NCBI GenBank assembly: GCA_964634875.1
Contig: CAZWKA010000002.1
Location: forward strand, 15,590 to 79,589
DNA length: 64,000 nucleotides
Reading direction: 5' to 3'
From: an uncultured Gammaproteobacteria bacterium
Lineage (GTDB): Bacteria > Patescibacteriota > Patescibacteriia > Magasanikbacterales > GWA2-37-8
Shown: piece after piece, positions 36,282-45,316 of the stretch
Numbering within the stretch: position 1 is the stretch's first letter
How the letters are laid out: each line of letters starts with the position of its first letter
Notes under the pieces: model-generated
The model's input: only the letters and a program-made list of their open reading frames with translations
Database searches by the model: none
What the model was told of the DNA's origin: nothing
Position numbers and translations under genes: made by a program

Positions 36282-36444
36282 AGGGCAAAAATAAAGAATA
36301 TGCCTTTAGTTTAACATGCTTTTTTGCTCTTGAAAAGGAGGATTTGCTATGTTAGACTGGACTCACAAATAGGTGGGCAATATAGTACGCATACCCCCAA
36401 TGCTCAGTACTAAAGAAAAGCCTTTCTTTATTGTCTCGCTAATT

Positions 36445-36468
36445 CGGGCTATACATCCGTAGAGCCCG
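36445..36468 (+). repeat. tRNA acceptor-stem-like mini-hairpin duplicating the 5' end of the tRNA-Pro (cgggctatac..gtagagcccg)
   Basis: 9-10 nt identity to tRNA-Pro positions 1-10 ('cgggctata'), forming a 10-bp hairpin 50 nt upstream of the tRNA. Confidence 0.4.
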
Positions 36469-36517
36469 TTCTCGCTCGGAAAAATCGAGATTGCGATTTC
36501 GCTTTTCTTCACTCAAA

Positions 36518-36590
36518 CGGGCTATAGCGCAGTTGGTAGCGCGCATGCATGGGGTGCATGAGGCCGTGGGTTCAAGTCCCACTAGCCCGA
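36518..36590 (+). tRNA. tRNA-Pro (anticodon GGG)
   Basis: A manual fold gives a 7-bp acceptor stem (CGGGCTA/TAGCCCG), a GCGC D-stem, and a CATGC/GCATG anticodon stem. The loop is A-T-GGG-G-T with G37. The T-arm is GTGGG-TTCAAGT-CCCAC and the discriminator is A. CCA is not encoded. Confidence 0.8.
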
Positions 36591-36627
36591 CACATTTACG
36601 GAAAATTACTCCTCAATTATTGAGCTG

Positions 36628-36656
36628 AAAACACCGCATCGTTGTGGTGTTTTTTA
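36628..36656 (+). terminator. Intrinsic terminator after tRNA-Pro (acaccgcatcgttgtggtgttttt)
   Basis: An 8-bp stem (one G-U pair) with a 4-nt loop and a T5 run. Confidence 0.6.
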
Positions 36657-36684
36657 GTCCTTCCTTTCTTCGATCTCAAAAACC

Positions 36685-36788
36685 GGTTCGAGAGCGTTTA
36701 CCGAGCTGATCCGTTTTGATTTATTTTGCGTAGAGTTAGCTCCAATTTTTGGTTCGAGTCTGACCAGCATACCATATAGGACTCGAAC
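36685..36788. repeat. tRNA T-arm-like fragments (three copies of 'ggttcgag', including an inverted pair 'ggttcgagtc...gactcgaacc')
   Basis: 'tggttcgagtctgaccagc' resembles the tRNA-Pro 3' part 'gggttcaagtcccactagc' (about 14 of 19 identical). An inverted partner lies at 36779-36788. Confidence 0.4.
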
Positions 36789-36820
36789 CTATCAGTTCTG
36801 GGGAAAATATGATACCTTAA

Positions 36821-37324
36821 GTGAATATTATGAAACACGACTTGTTAATAACTCGTAGAGGCCAGGTGTTGGAACAATTCATCGCCGTCGAACACCTGAT
36901 CGCAGGGCTAATCTCCTTTCATTATCTGGGGAGGTTTGACCCATCTTTTACCCTCAATTTTTTAGGCGATCCTTCAATAGGCTTTGCTTTCAAGAAAAAT
37001 ACTGTCTTGCTTATATTTAATGATGAAATCAAACCATTTATTAACGATTTAGATAAGGTTAACAGCATAAGAAACAAGTTTGCCCACCAGCCACTAATGC
37101 GCCTGGATCAGACTTCAGATGATTACTATTTCAGAGACCCTGGTGACAGCCAGCCTGTAAATATTAAGAAGGACCCGGCCGTCCTCTATGATGAGTTTGA
37201 AAAAACACTCCCTAATGTGCTTTCGGCCCTACGAGCCATCGCTGATAAAAGGAAATGGTCCATGATACCAGATAAGAATATTTTTCCTATTAGCGGCTCA
37301 GTTTATCTACCCCCAACAACATGA
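36821..37324 (+). CDS. HEPN-domain protein, Abi-like (Rx4H motif); putative abortive-infection/RNase effector. An ATG at 36830 is an alternative start.
   Basis: 'VNSIRNKFAHQP' contains R-N-x-x-x-H, the HEPN/Abi_2-type signature. The gene is AT-rich, in an island next to a tRNA, and has an ATGA overlap with a small downstream ORF. Confidence 0.45.
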   Translation: MNIMKHDLLITRRGQVLEQFIAVEHLIAGLISFHYLGRFDPSFTLNFLGDPSIGFAFKKNTVLLIFNDEIKPFINDLDKVNSIRNKFAHQPLMRLDQTSDDYYFRDPGDSQPVNIKKDPAVLYDEFEKTLPNVLSALRAIADKRKWSMIPDKNIFPISGSVYLPPTT

Positions 37325-37503
37325 TTAAAAAGACAAATCAGCCTCTTAGCGAGGAGGCGATAAAAAACTGGCATAATCTTTTTGGTGCCACTAAGACAAT
37401 CTTAAAAAGGCTTCTCGAGGAAGGCTATACCCTCAATGATGGGATTCTTCTTCCGCCCTGTCCAGGCACTTCATCAGAACAGTCTGACTTAAAGAAACCT
37501 TGA
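37321..37503 (+). CDS. Small protein (60 aa) translationally coupled to the HEPN/Abi-like gene
   Basis: The ATG overlaps the upstream stop (ATGA). A perfect-palindrome terminator follows at 37554-37578. Confidence 0.35.
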   Translation: MIKKTNQPLSEEAIKNWHNLFGATKTILKRLLEEGYTLNDGILLPPCPGTSSEQSDLKKP

Positions 37504-37553
37504 AATGAGACTCTCTAGTTCGGAAAATACGTAATCTGGTCGACACATATATA

Positions 37554-37578
37554 AACAACGGAATTCCGTTGTTTTTTG
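37554..37578 (+). terminator. Intrinsic terminator (aacaacggaattccgttgtt followed by a T6 run)
   Basis: A perfect 8-bp stem around an EcoRI-like loop, then 'ttttttg'. Confidence 0.7.
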
Positions 37579-37613
37579 TTTTTAAACCGTCTTATTTAGC
37601 TAATTATTTCTAT

Positions 37614-37642
37614 TGACAAAATTACTGTATGGTGGTATAAGT
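37614..37642 (+). promoter_or_regulatory. Sigma70-type promoter (TTGACA-17-TATAAG) upstream of cassette 6
   Basis: 'TTGACAaaattactgtatggtggTATAAG'. It implies a ~140-nt leader before the ATG at 37790. Confidence 0.45.
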
Positions 37643-37789
37643 ATTTGTTCTTTGTAAGAAGATTTCCAGCTTTAATTTCAGTATATTTAGCAAAATAGAT
37701 TGAGTTGAAGGCTGAAAATTCAGCACTTCCTCTTTGCCGGGGTGGCAAGGAGCGAGCCCTTTACCAAAAGGGCAGAAAATAGGACAGCA

Positions 37790-38251
37790 ATGAGTACTCT
37801 GCGCGCACTAGCGCACCTCGAAGAGCAACTTGGTCCAGCTCGGTGGCACGAACTGATCGACTCGGCGAACACTGGAAAGGTCAAGGCGCTCTGCGACGAA
37901 TTGCTTATCCCGACAACCATGGTGGTCGGGGGTCGCACCTACGACATCCTCAGCGTTGAAGGCAATATCGGTAGCGGACACGAGCTGGTCTGCCTAGCGC
38001 AGGAGTTGGATGCCCACTTGGGACGCGAGGAGCGCATGCACCTGCTCGATCACCAACAAGAAATCCCGAGTCTCCTTGGAAAAATCAAAATCATTTTCAC
38101 GGATGACACGAGTGCGGATGATGCCCACGGCAGCATCACTTCGATCGAGTGGGATAAAGGGTGTAGGCAGTGGACGTGCTTTTGGTGCAGGCTTGACAGC
38201 ACCATCATCTACCGGGGACGCAACATACGCGTACTGCGCCGTCGCTCGTAA
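37790..38251 (+). CDS. Hypothetical protein (153 aa), high-GC orphan cassette 6. A GTG at 37742 is an alternative start.
   Basis: GC-rich codon usage. A terminator follows at 38324-38370. No domain recognised. Confidence 0.4.
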   Translation: MSTLRALAHLEEQLGPARWHELIDSANTGKVKALCDELLIPTTMVVGGRTYDILSVEGNIGSGHELVCLAQELDAHLGREERMHLLDHQQEIPSLLGKIKIIFTDDTSADDAHGSITSIEWDKGCRQWTCFWCRLDSTIIYRGRNIRVLRRRS

Positions 38252-38323
38252 AAAGCCTTGAACTGAGACCTAAAACTTCTCCACCGACCAGGGCGCGCAG
38301 AACATTTCGCGCCGCTGGTCACT

Positions 38324-38370
38324 AAAAACAACAGTCTTAAACTTAAAACTGTTGTTTTAATTTTTTTTAA
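38324..38370 (+). terminator. Intrinsic terminator (aaaaacaacagt...actgttgtttt followed by T8)
   Basis: An 11-bp stem with a 12-nt loop, then a long T-run. Confidence 0.6.
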
Positions 38371-38550
38371 AAAAAAGGCTCTAACATAGTCCACCCAAGC
38401 CGACGGAAATATAAAACAGCATAATCTGCTGTTTTATATATTTTTTACTAAAACCTTGCAATTTTATTAGGTATAGGAGTAGGGTACAAGAAAGCTAGGT
38501 ACCCCATTCAGCTCAAGCTGAAGATGAGCTTTCAACCCAAGGAGGTCGTG

Positions 38551-39240
38551 ATGCGTGACGAAGGTGAACGAATTGGTCAAATCTCTGAGTGGCGCAATGG
38601 AAACGGTTCAGAAAGACAAGAGCCAATCTGCATGCTCGATCTGGCTTTTATCCTACGCCAACTGTCTGCCGCTTCGGGGGTGAGTACGACATATAGGCTG
38701 GCAACGGAAGGGATGCTGCTTGGTTTACAGGAGATGTCTGAACAACACCCTGTCAGCTGCACGTTCCTCGCCGCGCTCTACCGTAACTTGTATGAGGGCG
38801 GCCAAGAAGAGCGCGGTTTTGAAGCTGAACTGCGGGATTACTCTCTCGTCGCCGCGAAAGTTCTGGAACAGCTTTCCAAGAACCTTACCATCACCCCGCC
38901 CAACTCTGAAAATATCGAACACTCAGTGGTAAAGCAGAACATCTTAAGACAGCTTGTCGGGATCAAGCTGATGACCGCTCAACACTTGGAAGTCCTGCTT
39001 CATGACCTGTCCGAGATGAGACCCGAGATCACTGCCCTTCTGCCAAAGAGGGTGGGAAGAAGTGTGTGGGGAAGTGACTGGCAGGAAGGGAAACACCTTA
39101 TTATCCCTGGAGAAGGTGTAGGAGAAGAGGATACCGAAATACTTCCGAGTAGCGCCCTGAGCTTGCTGGTGCGTCTCAGCCTAGGATTGGTTCTTGCAGA
39201 CAAGCTCCAGAAGGCGCTGCAACCGACCCTCACCCACTAG
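38551..39240 (+). CDS. Hypothetical protein (229 aa), high-GC orphan cassette 7
   Basis: An AAGGAGG Shine-Dalgarno sits 5 nt before the ATG. GC-rich. A perfect-hairpin terminator follows at 39272-39305. Confidence 0.45.
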   Translation: MRDEGERIGQISEWRNGNGSERQEPICMLDLAFILRQLSAASGVSTTYRLATEGMLLGLQEMSEQHPVSCTFLAALYRNLYEGGQEERGFEAELRDYSLVAAKVLEQLSKNLTITPPNSENIEHSVVKQNILRQLVGIKLMTAQHLEVLLHDLSEMRPEITALLPKRVGRSVWGSDWQEGKHLIIPGEGVGEEDTEILPSSALSLLVRLSLGLVLADKLQKALQPTLTH

Positions 39241-39271
39241 ACAATATCCTGCTTTCACCTAAACCCAGTAA

Positions 39272-39305
39272 CCCGGCGCTAACTAGCGCCGGGAATTTCA
39301 TTTTT
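39272..39305 (+). terminator. Intrinsic terminator (cccggcgctaactagcgccggg followed by a T-run)
   Basis: A perfect 9-bp GC stem, then 'aatttcattttt'. Confidence 0.7.
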
Positions 39306-39498
39306 ACACTTGACTTTACTCTTCTTCAGTCATAGTATCCCTAGCAACCGAGACTTGCCCCAACAAAATTGCTATCTTACGACTGAATGAATCGTGGCAT
39401 AAAAACCAACCAGACCCGCTGTTTGATTAAGACCGGGATACTACCCGAACTATCAACCCCCGAATCTGGGCCAACTAGCACACCACGCGGAGGTCAGC

Positions 39499-39861
39499 AT
39501 GCTAGACCACAAAGATACCCGGTTCACTTTCAGCCTCCAAAACCGAATCTACGAAGCAGTGGGCTTTCTTAATCCAGGAGAAGCTAATTGTCTTGGAACC
39601 GAGATGCTGCAACGCACTGCCGGCGAAAACGGCGGGGCGATTGGGAAAGAAGACGAGGAGTTCATTATACACTGGATTAACGAGCTACCTGTCGAACTCC
39701 AGCCTTATTGGCTCGTGACCCAACGCCTATACGAAGGCAATATGCAGCGAAATGTTTCTTGTCTTGCGTGGTGCACAGAGACGGGTCGGTGGTACCGCTT
39801 TTGGGACTGGCTTGGATATAGCTGGTTTCCCAGGTGTCTTGTACTCCGACGCATCACCTGA
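39499..39861 (+). CDS. Hypothetical Trp-rich protein (120 aa), high-GC orphan cassette 8
   Basis: A GGAGG Shine-Dalgarno before the ATG. The C-terminus is 'RWYRFWDWLGYSWFPRC'. A bidirectional terminator hairpin follows at 39923-39948. Confidence 0.4.
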   Translation: MLDHKDTRFTFSLQNRIYEAVGFLNPGEANCLGTEMLQRTAGENGGAIGKEDEEFIIHWINELPVELQPYWLVTQRLYEGNMQRNVSCLAWCTETGRWYRFWDWLGYSWFPRCLVLRRIT

Positions 39862-39922
39862 AATCATACCGAACTAAGCTGTAGACTTTTCAAAAAGGAA
39901 AACAGCTTGGTTCACAAAATAA

Positions 39923-39950
39923 AACACTCTCGATTTTATCGAGGGTGTTT
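39923..39950. terminator. Bidirectional terminator hairpin (acactctcgattttatcgagggtgt)
   Basis: An 11-bp stem with one G-U pair. A T-run follows on the minus-strand reading, so it fits as the terminator of the nucleotidyltransferase gene. Confidence 0.5.
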
Positions 39951-39979
39951 TACATAGATAGAACCGACCACAACACAAA

Positions 39980-41065
39980 CTAAAGCTCAACCAAGGTCTG
40001 ATCACCAATAATCAGTCGATGCGGGCCTTTTTCGGATCTTGGCAGAACCACAGCATCCTTACCAATAATGCTTTCAGTAATCGCCTCGGTTGTTTCGAGC
40101 CGACAATTATTAAATACAATTGAGTTATCAATAGCCGTGTTCTTAACGGTGGTATTGGACCCAATAGTAGTGTACGGACCAATACTACAATTTTCCAAAT
40201 AACAACCTTCACCGATAATCAATGGACCGCGCAAGGAAACATTCTTACCCATGACGGTATTTTTACCAACAGCAACTTTTCCTTCCTGGCGCGTGTCGGC
40301 CAGACACGAACCTTCCAGACGGAAAACGCTGGCAGGAAGCTCGCCAAACAAAAGTTGATTAGCTGCAATAAGGTCGTTGGGCTTGCCGGTATCTTTCCAC
40401 CAGCCGGTAATTTCTCGATAGCCGACTTTATAACCATTCTTTAAAAAATACGAATGAATACTCGAAATCTCATACTCTCCACGAGGCGATTTTTCAATAT
40501 GATCAAAAGCCTTAAAAAAATTACTGGCATACAAATAAATACCCGTCACAGCAAAATCACTTGGAGGGTTTTTTGGTTTTTCAATGATATCAATCAGCTT
40601 ACCACTAGCATCAAACTCGGGCACGCCAAAACGTTCTGGATCGGGGACTTTAGAAAGAGCCAACATGCAGTCCAAACTTTCCCGTTCGAACACCTCAAAC
40701 AACGGCACGAGACTTCCAAGCACAATATTGTCTGACAAGTAGAACATGAAGGGGTCGTTCCCGATAAATTTCTCCGCACATTTCACAACGTGAGCAATAC
40801 CCTGTGGGCCGCCTTCCTGCTCAAAACAGACCACCTTAATCCCCCACCGGCTGCCATCACCGACAGCATCAGGAATTTGGGTTTCACCGGGGTTGGTATT
40901 GATATAAATCTCTTCAATTCCAGCTTCAACTGCTTTTTCAATAGCATGAAAAATCATTGGCTTATTAGCCAGTGGGATAAGGTGCTTATTGATAGTGGTC
41001 GTAATCGGTCTAAGACGCGTTGCTCGTCCCCCACCGGTTAAAATTGCTTTTTTAATTTTAGACAT
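39980..41065 (-). CDS. Sugar-1-phosphate nucleotidyltransferase (RmlA/GlmU-like N-terminal domain + C-terminal left-handed beta-helix hexapeptide repeats)
   Basis: 'KAILTGGGRATRLRPITTTINKHLIPLANKPMI' is the G-x-G-T-R-L motif. The C-terminus has hexapeptide repeats ('IGPYTTIGSNTTVKNTAIDNSIV'). An ATG at 41065 directly abuts the upstream gene's stop; the ORF track extends to 41101. Confidence 0.75.
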   Translation of the reverse strand: MSKIKKAILTGGGRATRLRPITTTINKHLIPLANKPMIFHAIEKAVEAGIEEIYINTNPGETQIPDAVGDGSRWGIKVVCFEQEGGPQGIAHVVKCAEKFIGNDPFMFYLSDNIVLGSLVPLFEVFERESLDCMLALSKVPDPERFGVPEFDASGKLIDIIEKPKNPPSDFAVTGIYLYASNFFKAFDHIEKSPRGEYEISSIHSYFLKNGYKVGYREITGWWKDTGKPNDLIAANQLLFGELPASVFRLEGSCLADTRQEGKVAVGKNTVMGKNVSLRGPLIIGEGCYLENCSIGPYTTIGSNTTVKNTAIDNSIVFNNCRLETTEAITESIIGKDAVVLPRSEKGPHRLIIGDQTLVEL

Positions 41066-41067
41066 AA

Positions 41068-42159
41068 TTACCAAACTAAAATCTTTTTTACTATTTTCCA
41101 ATAAGCAGCCAAGATTGGATTTCCAATCCGCTGCACCAAAATACTCTGGACGGCAGGATCATCAAAAACTACTACTCCAACGGCTCGATCAAGCAACTGA
41201 CGGTCACTCACCTTGCGGACGCGCTGAACGACTTGGCGCTTACCAAACCACAGCTTCCACGAAGTTGGCTTTAACCAATACCAGTATACCCGTAATTTTT
41301 CCTTTAGCCAACCCTTTTTTGCTGCAAAAACCAAGAGCCCTAATTCGAGGATGAACGCAATTGGAAAGAGTAAAAAAAGCGTCGGTAAGCGATAATACAT
41401 CAACAACACCGCCAGACGGTTTCGTTCCATGAGGTACATTTTTTGAAGGTTACGCTCAAAGGAGTACTCATGATAAAAAATAGCATTAGCAATGAGGGCA
41501 ACTTTATAACCGACCGATTTAAGGCGAAGAGAATATTCAAGATCCTCGTGATATAAATACAAATCCTCATCAAGGCCTCCATACGTTTTAATAAGATCGG
41601 AGCGCAGAAGTAGTGCTGCACCACTCGCATAACCAATCTCCTCAGTTTTTTGGGCTTCGGCGACGGGCTTACGGAATTTGTTACAATAACCAAAACCCAA
41701 GAAATGATATTGGTTACCAGCGCTATTTATCAAATGAGTTTCGGGGTACAGCGTGACTAAGGCTTGGGCCGCGCCAACCCGCTCGTCGGCTTCGAGTGCT
41801 GCTACCATTTTTTCCAACATGGTTTCTGCACCAAAGCCATCTTGGTTGTGTAAAAAAATATACGCACAATCAGCTTCAATGGCACGCTCCATACCAATAT
41901 TATTGCCTCTGGCAAAACCCATATTTTTTACCTGAGCCATAATTTCTACGGTCGGAAAATTTTTTCCTGACAAGGGTAGGAGATTTTCTTCGAGGAACTG
42001 CTTGCTGGAACCGAAATCAGGATGGGGGTTATCAACGACGATCAAAAAGAGCTTATCTTTGGGATATGTTGTTATGCGCAACGCCTCAATAACCCGAGCC
42101 AAGTAAGGTTCAGAATGGTACGACAAGTAGACGATGCCGACTTTAGGAAACCGGTCCAT
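41068..42159 (-). CDS. Glycosyltransferase family 2 with C-terminal TM segment
   Basis: 'VGIVYLSYHSEPYLARVIEAL...LIVVDNPHPD'. A GTG at 42177 is an alternative start. Confidence 0.7.
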   Translation of the reverse strand: MDRFPKVGIVYLSYHSEPYLARVIEALRITTYPKDKLFLIVVDNPHPDFGSSKQFLEENLLPLSGKNFPTVEIMAQVKNMGFARGNNIGMERAIEADCAYIFLHNQDGFGAETMLEKMVAALEADERVGAAQALVTLYPETHLINSAGNQYHFLGFGYCNKFRKPVAEAQKTEEIGYASGAALLLRSDLIKTYGGLDEDLYLYHEDLEYSLRLKSVGYKVALIANAIFYHEYSFERNLQKMYLMERNRLAVLLMYYRLPTLFLLFPIAFILELGLLVFAAKKGWLKEKLRVYWYWLKPTSWKLWFGKRQVVQRVRKVSDRQLLDRAVGVVVFDDPAVQSILVQRIGNPILAAYWKIVKKILVW

Positions 42160-42988
42160 AGTATTTGTGGGTACCACGCCATTTCCACATATATTTTAGC
42201 CAACTAAGAAGGTGTTGGCGGGCTAAACGATTTTTAAAAAGTGCTTTCCAAACACCGGGAATTCGAGCTGACTCCCGCTCGTGACGGTGTTTAATGACGA
42301 TATCGTGGACAAAATAGACTGGCCACCCCTTTTCCCACATCGAACGACACCAGTCACAATCTTCCATATAAATAAAATAACGGTCATCAAACCAGCCAAC
42401 ATCCATAGCCACTTCGTGGCGAACTACCATGGCGGCGCCTAGCACCCAATCAACGGGCCTGGTTTCATTGCGATCAAAATCAGCCATCAATAAACGGTCG
42501 GTATACTTTTTAACCCAAGCATATTTTTTATCCCAGTTAATCTGTTTAAAAGGCTTAATCAAGATTGAACGCAGGTCAAAACGGAAACAGGCATGCTGGG
42601 TAGCACCATCCATACCAACAAGCTTAGGACCCACACAACCAATCTTCGGATGCTCATCCATAAAAGTGATTAGTCGGTTAATGGTGTTATTATTTTCAGG
42701 AATGATTGTGTCGCGATTAAGCGCAAAGTAATAGCGGGCTGGCATAGCCTTGAAACCAACAGCATTACCTTTGCCAAAACCAATATTATCTTTCAAATTA
42801 AGGTATTTGACGCTTGGGAATTTTTGGTACAAATCTTTACCAATACCATCTTCGTTATTGGAATTATCAACCACCGTAACATGAATATCAAAACTTGACC
42901 CTCTAATGTCCTTCATGACCGAGTCAATAGCGCGCAAGATATCGTCCTTGCAATAGTAGTTGAGAAATACAATATTTAAATCTTTCAT
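42143..42988 (-). CDS. Glycosyltransferase family 2
   Basis: 'LNIVFLNYYCKDDILRAIDSV...TVVDNSNNEDG'. GT2 DxD and the 'RHEVAMDVGWFDDRYFIYMEDCD' acceptor region. Confidence 0.75.
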   Translation of the reverse strand: MKDLNIVFLNYYCKDDILRAIDSVMKDIRGSSFDIHVTVVDNSNNEDGIGKDLYQKFPSVKYLNLKDNIGFGKGNAVGFKAMPARYYFALNRDTIIPENNNTINRLITFMDEHPKIGCVGPKLVGMDGATQHACFRFDLRSILIKPFKQINWDKKYAWVKKYTDRLLMADFDRNETRPVDWVLGAAMVVRHEVAMDVGWFDDRYFIYMEDCDWCRSMWEKGWPVYFVHDIVIKHRHERESARIPGVWKALFKNRLARQHLLSWLKYMWKWRGTHKYYGPVS

Positions 42989-43401
42989 AATTCACTACGG
43001 AATGCTTCAACTTCATTTTCCATTTCTACTTTTTCGACAGGGATTTCCTCAATTTCTCGTGAATTTCTGACAGCAAAATAACACACCCGCTTGCCCTGAA
43101 TCCGAGCTTGACGCACTTCAGCCAAAACCCCATTGCTGACTGAGCCAAAGACCCAGATTTCATCAGCGTGGCGCACTAAGTTATTGTTCGCTTCCCGAAT
43201 AACATCCCGATCAAGTGTGTCAAGCAAAAAATAATCAAAAGTCATAAATGGATTAAGCGGAACACGACCTTTTTCGAGAACAAACTTTTGAATATGCTGA
43301 CGAAAATAAAATAAATGCTTTGACAAAGCAGTATACACAAGTAGTTTTTCAGCTGTTAAGTCAAGTGCGCGATGTTCAAAGACAGTGTTCATACAAACCA
43401 T
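42985..43401 (-). CDS. Hypothetical protein (138 aa), possibly nucleoside 2-deoxyribosyltransferase-like fold (DUF4406-like)
   Basis: 'DEIWVFGSVSNGVLAEVRQARIQGKRVCYF' resembles the nucleoside deoxyribosyltransferase-like 'E..G' pattern. Embedded in a GT cluster with 4-nt overlaps on both sides. Confidence 0.3.
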   Translation of the reverse strand: MVCMNTVFEHRALDLTAEKLLVYTALSKHLFYFRQHIQKFVLEKGRVPLNPFMTFDYFLLDTLDRDVIREANNNLVRHADEIWVFGSVSNGVLAEVRQARIQGKRVCYFAVRNSREIEEIPVEKVEMENEVEAFRSEL

Positions 43402-44423
43402 TTCCTTAATTGAGATGCCGAAGCCTTTCTTGACTTTGTAATTGCCTGGCGCGCTTTGGAGAACGTCCGACGGTTACCAAAAAGCTCAAGCCAGGCTTTG
43501 AGAATACCAGGTTTAAACAATAAAAAATAGACGAACTTCTTTGTTTCATACCACAGAACCCACGGAAAATCAAGGATAAGGTTCTGCCAATACTCGTTTT
43601 TATAGAGAGTCGCCAAGTGGTTTTTATAGCTATGGTACGCAACATAGTCTGACTGTGTCCGCTTACCGATCGCGGCGGCAAGATCATCTAATTTAGCAGC
43701 ATGCTTTGCCGTGCGGTCGTGATAGGCCAGAGCCGAGGGAACTACATAGGAGCAGAACCCGCTCGCACGCAAACGGAAAGCCAAATCAACATCTTCTTTG
43801 TACGCAACATAAAGGCTATCAAATACTCTGTTGGCTGGTAATAAAACCGCCTCAACACTACTTCTCCTAAACACAGGTAAGGCGCCAGAAACACCAAACA
43901 CCTCTTCAACTCCCTTGTTACTCCCAACTTGCCAACTTTCCCCTGCCCGACGTTCGATTACCCGACGATTTCTAAGCACTTGTAAGCCGAGTGAATCAAT
44001 AATATTCGTAAAACCATCTTCCAGCTTTCCACTTATTGACCGATTGAAATTCCAACTCATCAAACGCGGCGTAACCCCGGCTGCAGCAGGTCGCTGTCCC
44101 AGGGCTTCAATTAATTTTTTAAAACAATCAGAATCCAAATACATATCCTGATTGAGCAGTGCAACATACTCACTAGTACTTTCGTTAAAAGCTTGGTTGT
44201 GTGCTTTCGCGAAACCAGTGTTCGTACTATTTTTAATGAGACGAGATGATTGTTTTAGGGTTTTGAGCTCTTTTTCCAAAATCATGACAGTATCATCGGT
44301 GGAGGCATTATCAGTTATAATAATATCCCAGTCAGCGTATGTTTGCTGCTTAAGGGACTTAAAAAGAAACGGCAGGTACTTTGCGCCGTTCCAGGTAACT
44401 AATTGTACAGTACATGTTGCCAT
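43389..44423 (-). CDS. Glycosyltransferase family 2
   Basis: 'VQLVTWNGAKYLPFLFKSLKQQTYADWDIIITDNASTDDT'. Confidence 0.78.
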   Translation of the reverse strand: MATCTVQLVTWNGAKYLPFLFKSLKQQTYADWDIIITDNASTDDTVMILEKELKTLKQSSRLIKNSTNTGFAKAHNQAFNESTSEYVALLNQDMYLDSDCFKKLIEALGQRPAAAGVTPRLMSWNFNRSISGKLEDGFTNIIDSLGLQVLRNRRVIERRAGESWQVGSNKGVEEVFGVSGALPVFRRSSVEAVLLPANRVFDSLYVAYKEDVDLAFRLRASGFCSYVVPSALAYHDRTAKHAAKLDDLAAAIGKRTQSDYVAYHSYKNHLATLYKNEYWQNLILDFPWVLWYETKKFVYFLLFKPGILKAWLELFGNRRTFSKARQAITKSRKASASQLRKWFV

Positions 44424-44426
44424 ACT

Positions 44427-45314
44427 TTACCGTTCTATTGCGTCCCGAAATTTAAAAATTTTATTACCCTGCAAGACTGCATATACCCAAACGACAAAAA
44501 CACTAAGCGGGCTCAGGAGCAAAAGTATTTTTGCCTGATAGGGGCTATGCCATTTTTTAAAATACAATACGGCACTTTTTAGAAATTGCTGTTGGCGTTT
44601 GACGTGATCAATTTGTTTAAACGACTGACCCATAAAATCAATGGCTTGTACATAAGGCAGATAGACAACTTGCCACCCTAACCGCTTTGCCTCGCGGCAA
44701 ATGTCGACATCTTCAAACCAAATAAAGAATTGGGGATCAAAAGCAAAGCCTAGCTGCTCAAACAGCACGCGACGCATCATAAGACATGATCCTCGCACAG
44801 CATCAACCTGAACCGGCTCACTTTGCATATTTACCGGGTAACACCAACGACTGGACAGCTTGGGATAAAAAACGGGTAGCTTAAAGATTAGTGCCAAAAG
44901 CTGGCTAAACGTCGGGAAAAAAGTTGGCCTGAGCGACAACCTGTTTTCGCCCCGTTCATTAACCAATCGGCAACCAGCAATTGCTACGCGATTATTGCTG
45001 TCCAAATATTTCTCCATTGCTACCAGACTTTCTGCACTCACTACCATGTCTGGATTAAGAAACAAAAAATACTTCCCGGTAGCCAGGCGTAGTGCCTGGT
45101 TATTAGCGGCAGCAAAGCCAACATTTACATTATTTTTTACTAACGTAACTTCTGGAAATTGAGTAGCAATAATTTTTGCCGTAGCATCGGTTGAATTATT
45201 ATCAATAATAATATGCTGATACTTCCTACCAACAAAGGCTCGCTTTACGGAATCAATTTGCTGAGCTATGTGCTGAGCTGAATTCCAGGTAACGGTAATA
45301 ACCGAGACATCCAT
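44427..45314 (-). CDS. Glycosyltransferase family 2
   Basis: 'VSVITVTWNSAQHIAQQIDSV...IIDNNSTDAT'. Also 'FFIWFEDVDICREA'. Confidence 0.78.
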   Translation of the reverse strand: MDVSVITVTWNSAQHIAQQIDSVKRAFVGRKYQHIIIDNNSTDATAKIIATQFPEVTLVKNNVNVGFAAANNQALRLATGKYFLFLNPDMVVSAESLVAMEKYLDSNNRVAIAGCRLVNERGENRLSLRPTFFPTFSQLLALIFKLPVFYPKLSSRWCYPVNMQSEPVQVDAVRGSCLMMRRVLFEQLGFAFDPQFFIWFEDVDICREAKRLGWQVVYLPYVQAIDFMGQSFKQIDHVKRQQQFLKSAVLYFKKWHSPYQAKILLLLSPLSVFVVWVYAVLQGNKIFKFRDAIER

Positions 45315-45316
45315 AC

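Noticed and set aside
37742-37789. A GTG start at 37742 for cassette 6, which would give MARSEPFTKRAEN...
   Set aside because: The ATG at 37790 is preferred: an AGGA element sits 6 nt upstream and the product is consistent with the rest of the protein, whereas no Shine-Dalgarno precedes the GTG. This stays ambiguous without homologs.
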